Below, in pieces: positions 1 to 12,632 of a stretch of DNA of 64,000 nucleotides. The translations under genes were made by a program, and so were the position numbers. Origin of the DNA: the human T2T-CHM13v2.0 reference genome, Homo sapiens; the NCBI RefSeq assembly GCF_009914755.1, contig NC_060928.1. One strand, written 5' to 3'. A model generated the notes under the pieces. That model made no database searches. It was not told the origin of the DNA and was given only the letters and a program-made list of their open reading frames with translations. Position 1 is the first letter of the stretch. Every line of letters begins with the position of its first letter.

Positions 1-993
1 CTTTGGTTTTGATTTAAAAATTGCCTTCCTTTTAAAGCTTTTTACGTACTTTTTTGTGCACCCATCACTTATTCTTCCTGAATTTTCCAACAAAATTTAA
101 AATTTCCTCTTAATATGGTAACAACAATAACAACAACAGAGCTACATCAACAACCCCGTAAGGAAATCCCTCGTGTCCATTTCGCCCCTTGGAAGTGGCA
201 CTCCCAGAGCCTCGGAGTTCTTGCTTCCTTTGGACTGGTGTATCTCCGGCTGCTGGGCAGCTTTTCTCCTGGGGTCCATACCTGGGGTCACCACGCCCTG
301 GTAATCCCCTTTGTCTTTTTTCTTCTGTTTGATTTCTTGCTTCCTAAGTCCCATATATTTTTCTTTCTTAGTTTTCTCCCTCATTTTGATGAAGCACATA
401 CTCCATAAGTTTCTTGAGAAACCACACACAGGAGACAGAATTTTTAAGGTATTGCATATTAGAAAAATATCTGTATTTTACCCTTTACTTGATACATAGT
501 TTGAATAGATATAGAATTCTAGATTGGAGTATTTTTTTCTCAGAATTTTTTTTAAAACATTGGTCTATTTTCTTATAATTTCCAGTGTTGCTAGTAAGAA
601 CTCTGATGTGAGTTTTTCCCCAATGTTTTTATGAACATAGTATTTTTTTCTTCTTTATGGATGCTTTTATGTTTTTACATTTGGCCCTAGTCTTCTGAAA
701 TATTACCATCTCTGCCTTAGTTTGGATACTTTTACATTTAGTTTAGGAACTCATTAGGCCCTTTGAATTTGGAAATTTATATATTTCAGTTCTGGGGAGC
801 ATTTTATGTGTTAGTTCCTTAATGATTTTTGCCCTTCTATTTTTTGTCTTTTCTTTCTAGAATTTATATTAGTTAAATATCAGAATTCTGGGGTTGATTC
901 TCCGATTTGCTAATCATTTTTGCTCTTCTCTTCAACAGTGTGTCTATCATTCTGGGAAACTTTCTCACTTTTACCTTACATCTCTCCTATTGA

Positions 994-1127
994 TTTTTTT
1001 TTTTTTCCTGGAGATAGGGTTTCGCCATGATACCCAGGCTGGTATCAAACTCCTGAGCTCAAAGTGATCTGCCTGCCTCAGCCCCCTAAAGTGCTAGGAT
1101 TACAGGGATGAGCCACTGTGCCTGGCC
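994..1127 (-). mobile_element. Alu left monomer (FLAM_C/AluJ-like)
   Basis: polyT followed by antisense left arm ending cctggcc. Confidence 0.9.
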
Positions 1128-1167
1128 TGTTTTATTGATTAAAAAAAATTATACCTTTATACTTCAT

Positions 1168-1540
1168 TTTCTTTTTTAATTTTATTTTTAAATTGACAAA
1201 TAACAATTATACATATTCATGGGGTACATAGTGATGCTTCACTACATATAATGTATAGTGATCAGATAAGGATAATTTGCATATCCATCACCTCAAACAG
1301 TTATTATTTCTTTGTATTGGGAACAGTGTCTTCTTTCTAGCTATTTGAAATATATAATATCCTACAGTGGTATAGAGCACTAGAACTTATTCTTCCTATT
1401 AGCTATAGTTTTACGTCCTTTAACAAATAGCTCCCTATTCCTTTCTTCTCCTCACCCTTCCCAGCCTCAAGTATCCTCTGTTCTACTTCTTACTTCTATG
1501 AGATCAACTTTTTCGCTTCCATATGAGTGAGAATATGCTT
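1168..1540 (-). mobile_element. L1MA 3' end
   Basis: aattgacaaataa...atatccatcacctcaaac...tatgagtgagaatatgc, antisense L1MA 3' UTR. Confidence 0.85.
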
Positions 1541-2637
1541 ATATACTGTTAATTTTTTATTTCCCGAAGGCTTCTTTTTAATATTGTCCTGTTCTTTATT
1601 AGTGTGACATATGTTCTTGTCTCCTTGAGGATATTAATCAAATATTTTGAAAATTTCCTCTGCACCCTGCAGTTTCTGTTTCCTTCTTGTTCCTTTTTTC
1701 CCCAGTTAGTTTGTTTTGATCTTTGTTTTTCCTGTTGAAAGCTTTTCTCTAATGTCTGATGTATTTGGCTGTCCATTAATACTTTGCAGTGAGTCACTAG
1801 AAAGCCAATTAGAACTTTATGGACAGGGCTTGGAGGGCTTCCAAAGAATAGTTCCATGGAGCATTGGAGGGCTTCCAAGGAGCAGTAACCTGACAGTCTT
1901 GATGGGGCACCCCAAATGTCATTGACAGATATTACAGGGAGATTTTCTTTTCTCTAGAGGAGAAATTCATACCTCTTACCTTGAGAAGCAAATATAAACC
2001 TGGTTGCTAGCATTCTGTGAAATCAGTGAAGAGACTGGAGTTCTCTCAGTGCACACACTGATTTTTCACTTAGTCCCTAGGTTTCTGTATGGCTCCACCT
2101 CCCACCTGACATTGTGTTTATTCTGAGTGCAGAGCCAGAGAATAAGCTTTTTCCTGTTTGTGTTGAAACATGGAAGTCCCCTGGCTGTGCAGGCAGGAGG
2201 AAGGATCTTGAATCTAAGAGTTAATCTGATAGGCTTTCAACCAATACTCCAGATTTCAGCCTCTATCCTCACCCTGCCTTCCAAATCACCTGGTGCCTCC
2301 AATTCTGGAAACTTGCATGGGTTCTTCAGTGTGAATGGCTTCCTTCTTTGTCTATGGCATCCTTCTCTGCAGACTCTTAGGTTTAAGCTTTCCCTGTTCT
2401 AAGTCAGTCTTCCATCTTCTAAAGATGTGTTGACACTTGTCTTCTTTGTCTCCTCTTCTTTTATCTCAGTCACTGTGAGTCTATATTATTACTATTCTTT
2501 TCCTATCATTATTCTGGAATTTTAGCAGGGAGTGGCAACATATGTATATGTTTCATCTCCATTTCACAACAGATGACTTCCATTTCATATTTTCTTCATA
2601 TTTTCCTCTGTCATTATCATCATCATTTTTAGTGTGA

Positions 2638-2967
<330 letters not shown>

Positions 2968-3157
2968 TAGCAGCAAATGAAGTTTTTATTGAAGAAAACA
3001 GGGCTATAGCATAGACTTCCTCATCATATTGGGAACAAGAACACATTTTTACCTATCTCACTATTCAAATCCAGGTGGTCCAGGGTGGGCCACCTGGACC
3101 AGGGAACAGTCAGTTGGAAGAATAGAGAGTAAAGCTGCACATAGAAAGTGATTTGGT

Positions 3158-3160
<3 letters not shown>

Positions 3161-3212
<52 letters not shown>
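3161..3212. repeat. (GT)26 microsatellite
   Basis: Perfect dinucleotide run. Confidence 0.98.
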
Positions 3213-3214
<2 letters not shown>

Positions 3215-3477
3215 TGGGGTGGGGGTGGGAGGGTTGAATCAGGGGTGTGGGGAGAAACTTAAATCATTTATAACCTTACTAGTCTGGACTAATCAATTCC
3301 CAGTTTTAATGAAAAGGACATGTACTTGGAGACTCAAGTATAATTCTTCTAAGTGATCCTTCTGAAAATGACTACATATAACAAGGAGAAATTTAGAATA
3401 TTAACAATGGAATGGGTGTTTACTTTATTTAGAACGGGTAATGGCATATAAAATATACTTGACATTTCTATTGCCAT

Positions 3478-3670
3478 AGTGCTTTGGGTTTACCAAATAA
3501 ATTTACAAATGGGATATTACCTTATTTGATCTTTACAACAACCCCAGGATGTGGCAGATGAAGAACAGGCCTAGAAAGCCTACAGTGTGACATGCTGGAG
3601 ATCACTGAGCTCTGTAGAAGGGGAGCTGGGATTGAAGCTAGATTTCCTGGCTCCCACTCCAGCTTTTTTC
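3478..3670 (-). mobile_element. MIR
   Basis: atttgatctttacaacaaccc...gagctgggattgaagctag, antisense MIR core. Confidence 0.65.
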
Positions 3671-4094
3671 TAGTTATTTTGCAAATTCTCCATTTTACCT
3701 CTTACACAAAGGTGTAAGGAAGGGGGACAAAAACTAAAAAAATCCCAAAACAAACAAAAAAACCACCATTGTGACAAATTGAGATTTCACTTTGAGTTTG
3801 AGTTTTTAAACAAAAAGTTCCAAACATTTTAAGGAGTAAGATGGTACGTACTTGGCAAAATGCACTTCTTTGTGTTGAAGGAAAAGGCTTATCTTAGAAG
3901 GTTGGTTGGATTACTTGATATTGAAAGTTTCTTTCAATAAAACATCTTATGGCCTAAACAAGGCAAAAAGCATAGGAATTCAATTTTCCATGAAAGAAAA
4001 ATGTATTTAAGTAAAAACATGGAGCAACCTCCCCCCGCTGCCCCAAAACTCTAATACATTGAAAAACACCTTAAAACAAGAAAAGCATTAAACT

Positions 4095-4250
4095 GTCAGG
4101 AGAGCTGGATTCTGGCTCTAGCAGTGTCCCTGACTGCCAGGAGACCTTGGGAAAGTCACTTGCCCTTTCTTAGATACAGTTTTCTCAAGTGATGAACAAT
4201 GAAGAGTGAGACCTAGATGATCCTCTAACCCTAATATTTTAGGATTCTAA
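4095..4250 (+). mobile_element. MIR3-like
   Basis: gaccttgggaaagtcactt...ctagatgatcctctaa...attttaggattcta. Confidence 0.65.
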
Positions 4251-4575
4251 AATTGAAAATAATTCCATTAATTGTATGAATCCTAAATTGCTGCTATCTT
4301 TTCCCCTTAAACTACTAAACCCACTAAAATATATTCCATGATTTTTATTGTATTAAAATAAAATATTTTATATATGGTAATTCATGCTTAAAGTAAATAT
4401 GTGGACTCTATTAGCGATGATAATTTAAAACATTCTATCCTCCTAGTGAATGCTAATTGTAAAGAATCATTGAAAAACGCAGTTTCTTTCCTCTACATTT
4501 TAAATTCAATGTTTACTTATTTATTCATTTATTCCACAAATATTTATTAGAGTTATGGAACTATAGTCACTTATA

Positions 4576-4888
4576 TTTTATTTTATTTATTTATTTTTAT
4601 TTTTGAGACAGGGTCTTGCTCTGTTGCTCAGGCTGGAGTGTAATTGCAATCATAGCTCACTGCAGCCTCCAGTTCCTGGGCTCAGGTGATCCTCCTGCCT
4701 CAGACTCTCAAGTAGCTGGGGATATAGGTGCAAACTATTATGCTCAGCTAATTGTTTTTTTTTTTTTTTGTAGAGATGGGGTCTTTCCATGTTGCCCAGG
4801 CTGGTCTCAAACTTCTGGCTTCAAGCATTCCTCCTACCTCAGCCTCCTAAAGTACTGGGATTACAGGGATGAGCCACTGTGCCTAGCC
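4576..4888 (-). mobile_element. AluJ
   Basis: Full dimer; TSD ttatatttta at 4571-4580 and 4889-4898. Confidence 0.95.
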
Positions 4889-4966
4889 TTATATTTTAGA
4901 TCAGTATGTTATTACTATTCTACTGGTTTTGAAAACTATAGAAATACAAAATAGTATGGTTTAGTG

Positions 4967-5189
4967 AAGGGTTTCTTTATCTTGGCACTGTTAACATTTT
5001 GGCTTGATGATTCTTTGTTGTGGGGGGCTGTCCTGTGCCTTGTAGGATGCTTAGCAGCATTCCTGTCCTCTGCCCATTAGATGTCAGTAGCGAGCCCCCA
5101 TCCCCCACCAGCTAGGGACAAACAAAAATGTCTCCAGACATTGCCAAATGTTCCATGGGGGGCAAAATCGCCCTGATTGAGAACCATTG
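4967..5189 (-). mobile_element. MER20 (hAT-Charlie)
   Basis: aaaaatgtctccagacattgccaaatg...ggcaaaatcgccc...ttgagaacca; 8-bp TSD gtttagtg / gtttagcg. Confidence 0.92.
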
Positions 5190-5332
5190 GTTTAGCGGAA
5201 GCAGACTGGTGCTTTCAGATTAGAGAGACATGCATTTGAACTCTGGAGCAACATTTGCCATCTATATGATCTTTGGCAAGTTACTTAGCCCTCTAAGCCT
5301 CAGATTCCCCATCTAAAAATGGGGATAACATC

Positions 5333-5812
5333 TGTGATGGTTAATTTTATATGTCAACTTGACTAGACCATGGGATGCCCAGATATCTACTTAGACATTA
5401 TTCCTGGGTGTGTCTCTGAGGGTGTGTTCTGAAGAAATTAACATTTGAATTGGTAGACAGAATAAAGCAGATTGCTCTACCCAATGTGAGTGGGCATAAT
5501 TCAATCCACTGGGGACCTGAATAGAACAAAAAGGCAGGGGAAGGGAGAATTCCCTCTCTCTCTCTGCCTATCTGTTTGAGTTGGGACATTGATATTCTGC
5601 TGTTGGATTGGGACTTAACACCATCAGCCCTCCAATTCTTAGGCCTTCAGACTTGGACTAGAACTCAACATCATTGGTTCTCAGGTCTTCAGACTTGAAC
5701 GGGAACTATACAATTGGCTCTCTTGGCTTTCCAATTTGCTGACTGCAGATCTTGGGACTGGCTCCATTAATGTAAACTAAGTCCTCATTATCTATATCTC
5801 TATCTATCTATC

Positions 5813-5853
<41 letters not shown>

Positions 5854-5916
5854 CCTACCTACCTACCTACCTATCTCCTATTTGTTCTGTTTCTCTGGAG
5901 AACCTTGACTAATAAA
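5333..5916. mobile_element. MLT2 (ERVL) solo LTR
   Basis: tgtgatggttaattttatatgtcaacttgac...gagaaccttgactaata; 5-bp TSD acatc on both sides. Confidence 0.92.
5791..5876. repeat. Compound (TCTA)n(CCTA)n STR inside MLT2
   Basis: Direct reading. Confidence 0.95.
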
Positions 5917-7242
5917 ACATCTAATTCAGTTTTGTGAGAGTTAGAAGAAATGGTACTGGTAAAAATGCCTGATACCTAGGAGATGCTCAATAAATTTTAA
6001 TTCTTTTTTCTCTCATCTTCCTGATAAGTTAAGTTGTGATTCTTGAATAAACAACTTAGATTCTCAGAAAATAATGTAATTTAAGTTTTGCTGTGAGGTC
6101 AGAAAAATTGTCCAGTGGAACATTAAAGTCCATTCTGGCCACACATTTAGGCTCCTTTTAATGCCAGGAGTATTTCCGACATTCATCACACATAACAGTG
6201 GAATTAGGCACATGGAATGCTACCCTATTTTCTTACAAATGGTACAACTTAAAAGGGGAGTAAGAATTATCAAACGTGTTTTGCATCATAAGGCTCATTT
6301 CTTTTTGTTTGTTGCAGCAACATGCATAACTAATTAAATTTGAGAAAATATTTCCCTTTTAATCTGTCCGCATGATCTCACATGATCTCACAAGTTCCCT
6401 TCATTTCCCTAAATCTAAATGTAGCTGAATGAATCAAAAGGAAAGAATGTCCAGTTGGCCAGAACTTGCATCACTAATCCATTTTTTTTAAATTCATTCA
6501 TTGAGTACTTACTAGACACTGCCTAAGCACAAGGACACATAGTTTCTCTCTTAAGAGTTTCTGGGTGTGGAAAATCTCTAACTGCTTTTCCTGTGGTCTC
6601 ACACCACGCTACAATCAACACAGAAGACTTCTGTGACCAAATGTGGGAGATTTTTTGTCATCAACATGCAAGCAATCAACTCTGCAGCAGGCACCAGCTG
6701 AGTGTCCTCCAAATGAATTCTGACACTGTGTACCTGGAGATAGCGTCAGATCCCATAGGTTGAGGGCTCAGTCTCACAAGACATCTTCCCTTTCCCAGAT
6801 ACCAGTCACAAGATCAGGCCTCCAGAACTTCTGGCTGACTGGTTTCAAGTTGGGCTTCCATGACTCCCTCTTGGGGTTCGATTAATTTGCTAGAGTGCAT
6901 CACAGAACTCAGGGAAACACCTACTTAGATTTACTGGTTTATAATAAAGGATATTACAAAAAGATACAAGTGAAGAGATGCAAAGGGTGAGGTATGGGGG
7001 AAGGGGCACAGAGCTGCCAAGCCCTCCCCGGAACACACCCTCTAGGAACCTCCATAGGTTCAGTTATCTTGTAATTTCTTCAAACCTCGTCCCCTTGGGC
7101 CTTTTATGGAGACTTCATGAAAGGATAGGCACCATTGACAACCACATAGAAATGTGTTTAGACAAAAAGGGTATGCTTTAGTACTCAAAGGCTGAGTGGG
7201 GAAACCCGGTAAGGCCCATCTGTTCAGATTCTTTTTGGCCTC

Positions 7243-7525
7243 TTTTTTTTTTCCTTTGAGGTGGGTCTCACTCTGACTGTGAGGCTGGAGTGCAGTGGCG
7301 TGATTTTGACCTCCTGGGCCCAAGCATGCTCCCACCTCAACCTCCCAAGTAGTTGAGGTTACAGGTGATTGCCACCACACTTGGGTAATTAATTTTTTTT
7401 TTTTCTGTAGAGACAGGATCTTCCTATGTTGCCCAGGATGGTCTTGAACTCCTGGGCTCAAACGATTGTCCCATCTTGGCCTCCAAAAGTGCTGAGATTA
7501 CAGACATGGATCACTGTGCTGGGCC
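7243..7525 (-). mobile_element. AluJ with small internal deletion
   Basis: TSD tcttYttggcctct. Confidence 0.92.
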
Positions 7526-7805
7526 TCTTCTTGGCCTCTCCATGCAACATTCCTTCCTCCAGAATATGGGGCAGAACCCCTTCTGAAATGGGGGTCTTAT
7601 GACCTACAATCACACAAGGTAGGTAAAGGCAGAGGAAGATTAGAGTCCTGCCTTGGGGAGAAAAAGTAGCAGGTAAAAAAATAGAAGATTAGAGAGAGAG
7701 AAATCCTGTTATTCTGAGGTCCGCTTATGAGGCCTAAAATGCACCAACATTATAACATTATAAAAAGGTCTATGGGAATTATGAGACAGGAACCGTGGAT
7801 GAAAC

Positions 7806-7808
<3 letters not shown>

Positions 7809-7844
<36 letters not shown>

Positions 7845-8130
7845 GATACATATATGTATGTAATGTAGATACGTATATAGATAAATATATACATATATAG
7901 ATACATGTATATAAGTATATATATATATATATAGTATACATATGTGTATATACTATGTATGTGCACCTGGAGATAGTGTCAGATCCCACAGGTTGAGGGC
8001 TAAATGTATACTATATGTGTACATATATAATCTATATACTTATATACATGTATCTATATATGTATTATATACACGTATCTATATATGTATATACTAATAA
8101 TGTATCTATAAATATATAATATATTTATAT
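7809..8130. repeat. (TG)16 plus degenerate (TA)-rich tract
   Basis: Direct reading; interrupted at 7960-8001. Confidence 0.9.
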
Positions 8131-8211
8131 AAAATCATATAGTGTAATGTGATGATTATGTACATAATGCAATGGAAAGAGAGATAGGAGGCATTTTTAA
8201 ATTAGGTAGTT

Positions 8212-8465
8212 GATAATAGCTAACTTTACTACATCCAAAGTACTTAAGTTCTAGGCACTATTCTAAGAGCTTTGCACACACATATTCTTTAAACCTTCTG
8301 AACAGTTCTATCAGGTAAGCACATTATTGTAATCATTTCACTAGTAAGGAAACTCGGGCATAAAGATTAAGTAACTTGTTCAGGGTTACACAGCTAGGAA
8401 GTGGCACAGCAGATATTTAACACTTCTGTTTGATATCAGGTCTGTCTGTGTTCTTAACTACAGTG
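8212..8465 (-). mobile_element. MIR
   Basis: ggaaactcgggcataaagattaagtaacttgttcagggttacacagctag. Confidence 0.8.
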
Positions 8466-9009
8466 TTCTTAACTACTGTATAGAGATGACCTCCAGAGAA
8501 GGTAATTCTTGATCTGAGGTTTGAAAACTAATAAACAGTAGTTAGCTGTATGAAGGATGTTCTCACACAGCTAGATGTACTCTAGAGGGTGGCAGGCAGC
8601 AGCATGGGTGAAGTTGCAGAAGCATCGAGTCTCTAGGATGTTAATATTTGGGTCTCTAGGCTGTCAATAGGGGAAGTGGGCTGGGGTAGATAAGGCTCAA
8701 AAGTAAGCAGATAGCCATATTGTAAAAGTCATAGTGCATTAAACAAGGAATTAAAAATTCCAGCCATAGAGCTATAGGGACCCAAAGAATTATTGTAAGT
8801 GTCTGTGTGTGCACGCATGTGTGTATGTCTGTGTGTGTGCACACATGTGTGGACAGGGGTGATGATATAACCAGATTTGTATGTGTGACAGCTGTGTGGA
8901 GGACAGACCAGTAGCATGACCTGTGAGAGACAATTGTAACATCAAGGTGAGGTGGTCAGAGCCTTACATTTGGGCTGTGGTCTTAGGAGTGGAGAAAAGA
9001 GGGATAGAT

Positions 9010-10237
9010 CCAACCTGTACTGGTTTGTGAGAGCTGTTTGTTACATTTCAAGACTTTTTTGAGTTGGTTGTTAAAGTCATCAATTAAAAATTAAATTACA
9101 TACATGTATAATTTAATTATGTTAAAAGCAAAGAAAATAGTAGAAACTCATCACTTCATAATTATTTTACTATTATCTACTCTTTTGAGGTTATTTACAT
9201 CTATTATATCTGTTGGTGGAAATACTATATAATATGTGTTCCGCATGTCTCTTCCCGATTCTGTTCAGTGGCGTCATGTTGGTAGCTTAAAATTGATAGC
9301 AACAGGAGGCAGAGAAACTGTAGGCATACAGGGGCGGGTCGCTGGCAAAATCCCACCTTCAAGCCGAAAAGCCTGAAACCCACAGCCCAAAGTGAGAACT
9401 TCCATTCTCTCCCGATTGGTTATTTCTGAATACTGTCTTTTTACCAATTGAATATTGCCTTTTCCAAAACTACCTACGGCCTGCCCCGTCCCCATCCTGT
9501 GCCCATAAAGACCCCAGAACTCAGCCAGCAGAGGGAAGAAGCAGCCTGATGTCGAGAAGAAGCGCCTGGACATAGGAGAGAGGTGGCTTGACTTCAGAGG
9601 AGAGGGATCTTCCCTTCCCATTCCCTTTCCAGCTCACCTCTCCACTGAGAGCCGCTTTCGTCACTGAAAAAAAAAATTCTCCACATTCGCCATCCTTCAA
9701 TTCATCTGTGTGACCTCATTCCTCTTGGGCACTGGACAAGAACTCGGACACACTACGTGCAGGTATCCAAAAAGGCGGTCGCACTGGCCCTTTGCCCTTG
9801 CTGGCGGAAGGCAGTTGCCCTACGTGATGAGGCAAAGGGCTCACTGAGCTGATAACACACTGCTGTCTGCGGACGGTGGAGCTAAGAGTATGGTTACACG
9901 CCCTCTGGGGCTTGGCGTGGCTGGTGCCCACACCTGGACGCTGGTGAGGGGCCCACATGGAGTTTGCTCCTGCTGGTGCCAAAGTGGCCAGTTCCTGCCT
10001 TCGCTCGCTCAGGTTCCTGCAGTCATTCGCTTGCGCACTCCCTCCTGCAAGGGATTGAGCAGGGCGGGCTGAGTAAACAAGGCACCCCTGCCGCGAGTTC
10101 CGTGAAGGGGTCAAGAAAATATCCTGCATCAAAATCAGTTGTGGTGGGAGGATCAGTCACACCATGAAAACCATCAAGTGTCACCCACCTCTCCCTCTCT
10201 CAGAGAATGGGTTGCTCATTTACCAAAACACAACTGG
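9010..10237 (+). mobile_element. MER63 (hAT-Blackjack) split by an LTR
   Basis: aaactcatcacttcataattattttac...catgttggtagcttaaaat then resumes to catttaccaaaacacaactgg. Confidence 0.8.
9294..10131 (+). mobile_element. ERV1 solo LTR (LTR1/LTR27/LTR28-like), 838 bp
   Basis: TG...CA termini (tgatagc...tgcatca), 4-bp TSD aaat, CpG-rich. Confidence 0.88.
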
Positions 10238-10894
10238 ATAGTTCTAAGAAATAATTAAAAAAAGAACAGATAAAACTTAATGACGAATTAGATATTGTAG
10301 GAATATGAGAAGGAAAAGTCTTGAGTCACATTTCTCATATGAACAACTTAGTAAATGGTGGTATTAATTACCAAGGTGAAGGATTATAGGAGGAAGGTTT
10401 GGTTTTAGAAGACAGACGGTGGATTAGTTTTGGGCTTGTTGAATTTGAGTAGAGATATCTAGTAGATACTTGGGTAGATAGGTCTGGAGGTAAGCATGGA
10501 GTTTGGGGTTACAGATGTAGCTTGCATGCTGTAGCATGAGCAGTTATTCAACCAGTTGAGCAGAGAGCTGGAGCCAGAACCCTGGGGAGTGAAGATCATT
10601 AGGCACCATCAGAGGATGGGAAGAGCTAAAGATACAAACAGTGAGAGAAAGAAGAGTCACATGAGAAAAGGGAAGTGTTAAATGTCACAGAGAGTTCAAA
10701 GCAAACAAGGTCAGGAAATTATCCATTGCCTCTGGAAGTGCAGAGGTTATTGAGGATCTCAGGGAGAGCAGTTTTGTTGCTGTGGTGTCGGTGGATGCCA
10801 GCCTGCAGTGATTGGAGAATGAACAGGCAGTGATGAAGTGAGGGCAGTGAGTGTAGACCACTCTAAAAATGATTGGCTGTGCAAAGGAGAGTAA

Positions 10895-11294
<400 letters not shown>

Positions 11295-11371
11295 CCAGAT
11301 TTCCCTTCTGTGCTGAAGGGAAAAGACAGGTAAATAAGGAAAAATTGAAGATAAAGGGTAAGAGAGGAGAT

Positions 11372-11818
11372 AATGGTAAACAATGATGACCCCCAGTAAA
11401 CCACAACTTCTGGGCTTCATTTCCCTATGATGTGGGCCTTAACCTTGTGATTTGCTTTGACCAATGTGACATTAGCAAGCATGATGCCAGCAGAAACTTG
11501 GTAAACCTTTGCACATTGGAGTTTTTCCTCTTGGTGGAAGCTATCAGCCATGCTGTACAAAAGCTTGACCCAGACTATTGAATGATGAGAGACCATGTGG
11601 CTGGAACCTTGCAGGATAACAGACCCTCCTGGATGATTCAGCCCCAGATGTGTTCCTAGCTCACTGAAGCCAGATGAATTAACTCCAGACAAAATCAGCA
11701 GAAGAATCATGCAGTGGAGCCCAATCCAGATTGGAGAATTATGAGCAAATACAGGGATGTGATTTTAAGCCATTTAATGTGAGAGCATACTGTTTTACAG
11801 CAACCGAAAACCAAAATA
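11372..11818 (+). mobile_element. MLT1 (F/G/H-type) MaLR LTR
   Basis: gtgatttgctttgaccaatg...agaattatgagcaaata...ttttaagcca. Confidence 0.75.
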
Positions 11819-12204
11819 AGGCAAAACAGACCAGTTGCCAAAACCATTAGCAAGACAATATTTCATAACAATTAAAGGCATAAGTTCTGAAACAGGATGT
11901 CATAGGCTGTAATACTTAATTTGCGTAAATAAGCAAATTGTGTAGCTTTTGGGGGCTTCAGCTCATTGTCTATAAAATAGTATGAAGATTAAGTGAGACA
12001 ATACCATCTTGGTAAATCCTGGATACATATTTACTGGTCTACTATTAAAGCACATGTGAAAGGTTTAACTCCAAAGAGAAGGAGGAACTCTTTATTCTTT
12101 AACACAAAAGGGAGGAAAGTTTAACTGTAAGGATGTCTTGAGGCAGGGTTCCAAGGAATATTAACTTATTAAGATGGATTTAGTTATACATTCCTTGTAT
12201 TTAT

Positions 12205-12632
12205 TTAGCATTTCACAGTTTATAAAGTGTTTTCTTATATACTGTCTCATTTGATTCAATGAAGAAAGGAGGGACAGAATTTTTAAATGTAAAGAAACAG
12301 AAATTTGAAGAGTCTAAATTATTTGGCCAAATGTACAAGGCTTAAGAGGTGGGCAAGAATTAGAAACGCTGAGCTTTGGACTCAGTATCCAATATTCTCC
12401 CCAAACAGACTAGTGAACAGGCTACAGACTAGAAGCCAGAAGTTCTGGCTTTGGGCCCTGGCTTTGCCAAGTACTAAATACTACCTTGAACAAATTACTT
12501 TCTCTCTCCAAACTTCATATATAGGATGGGAATACCAGTTCCTTCCGATGTCAAAGGTAGCTCCTTGCAAGGTGAGGTGAGGAAGCTCTTTGCAAACTCT
12601 GAAGTACCTTACACATGCAAATGATTATTATT
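12205..12632. mobile_element. Two MIRs in opposite orientation (minus about 12205-12400, plus about 12405-12632)
   Basis: Degenerate MIR cores. Confidence 0.6.

Larger units (their letters stand above)
190..2570 (-). mobile_element. HAL1 / old L1M ORF1-type element, interrupted
   Basis: gatacatagtttgaatagatatagaattctagattgg...ttccagtgttgct resembles antisense HAL1; T-rich strand bias. Confidence 0.7.
4945..6000 (+). mobile_element. MIR split by MER20 and MLT2
   Basis: Collinear pieces at 4945-4966, 5190-5332 (ggcaagttacttagccctctaagcctcag) and 5917-6000 (atgctcaataaat). Confidence 0.75.
6566..8139 (-). mobile_element. MER21 LTR with Alu insertion and TG/TA expansion
   Basis: acagaagacttctgtgacc...acctggagatagcgtcagatccc...attaatttgctagag are MER21 hallmarks. 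Confidence 0.85.

Noticed and set aside
9274-10167. GC-rich ORFs suggesting a CpG-island gene
   Set aside because: Explained by a solo LTR bounded by TG..CA and a 4-bp TSD.
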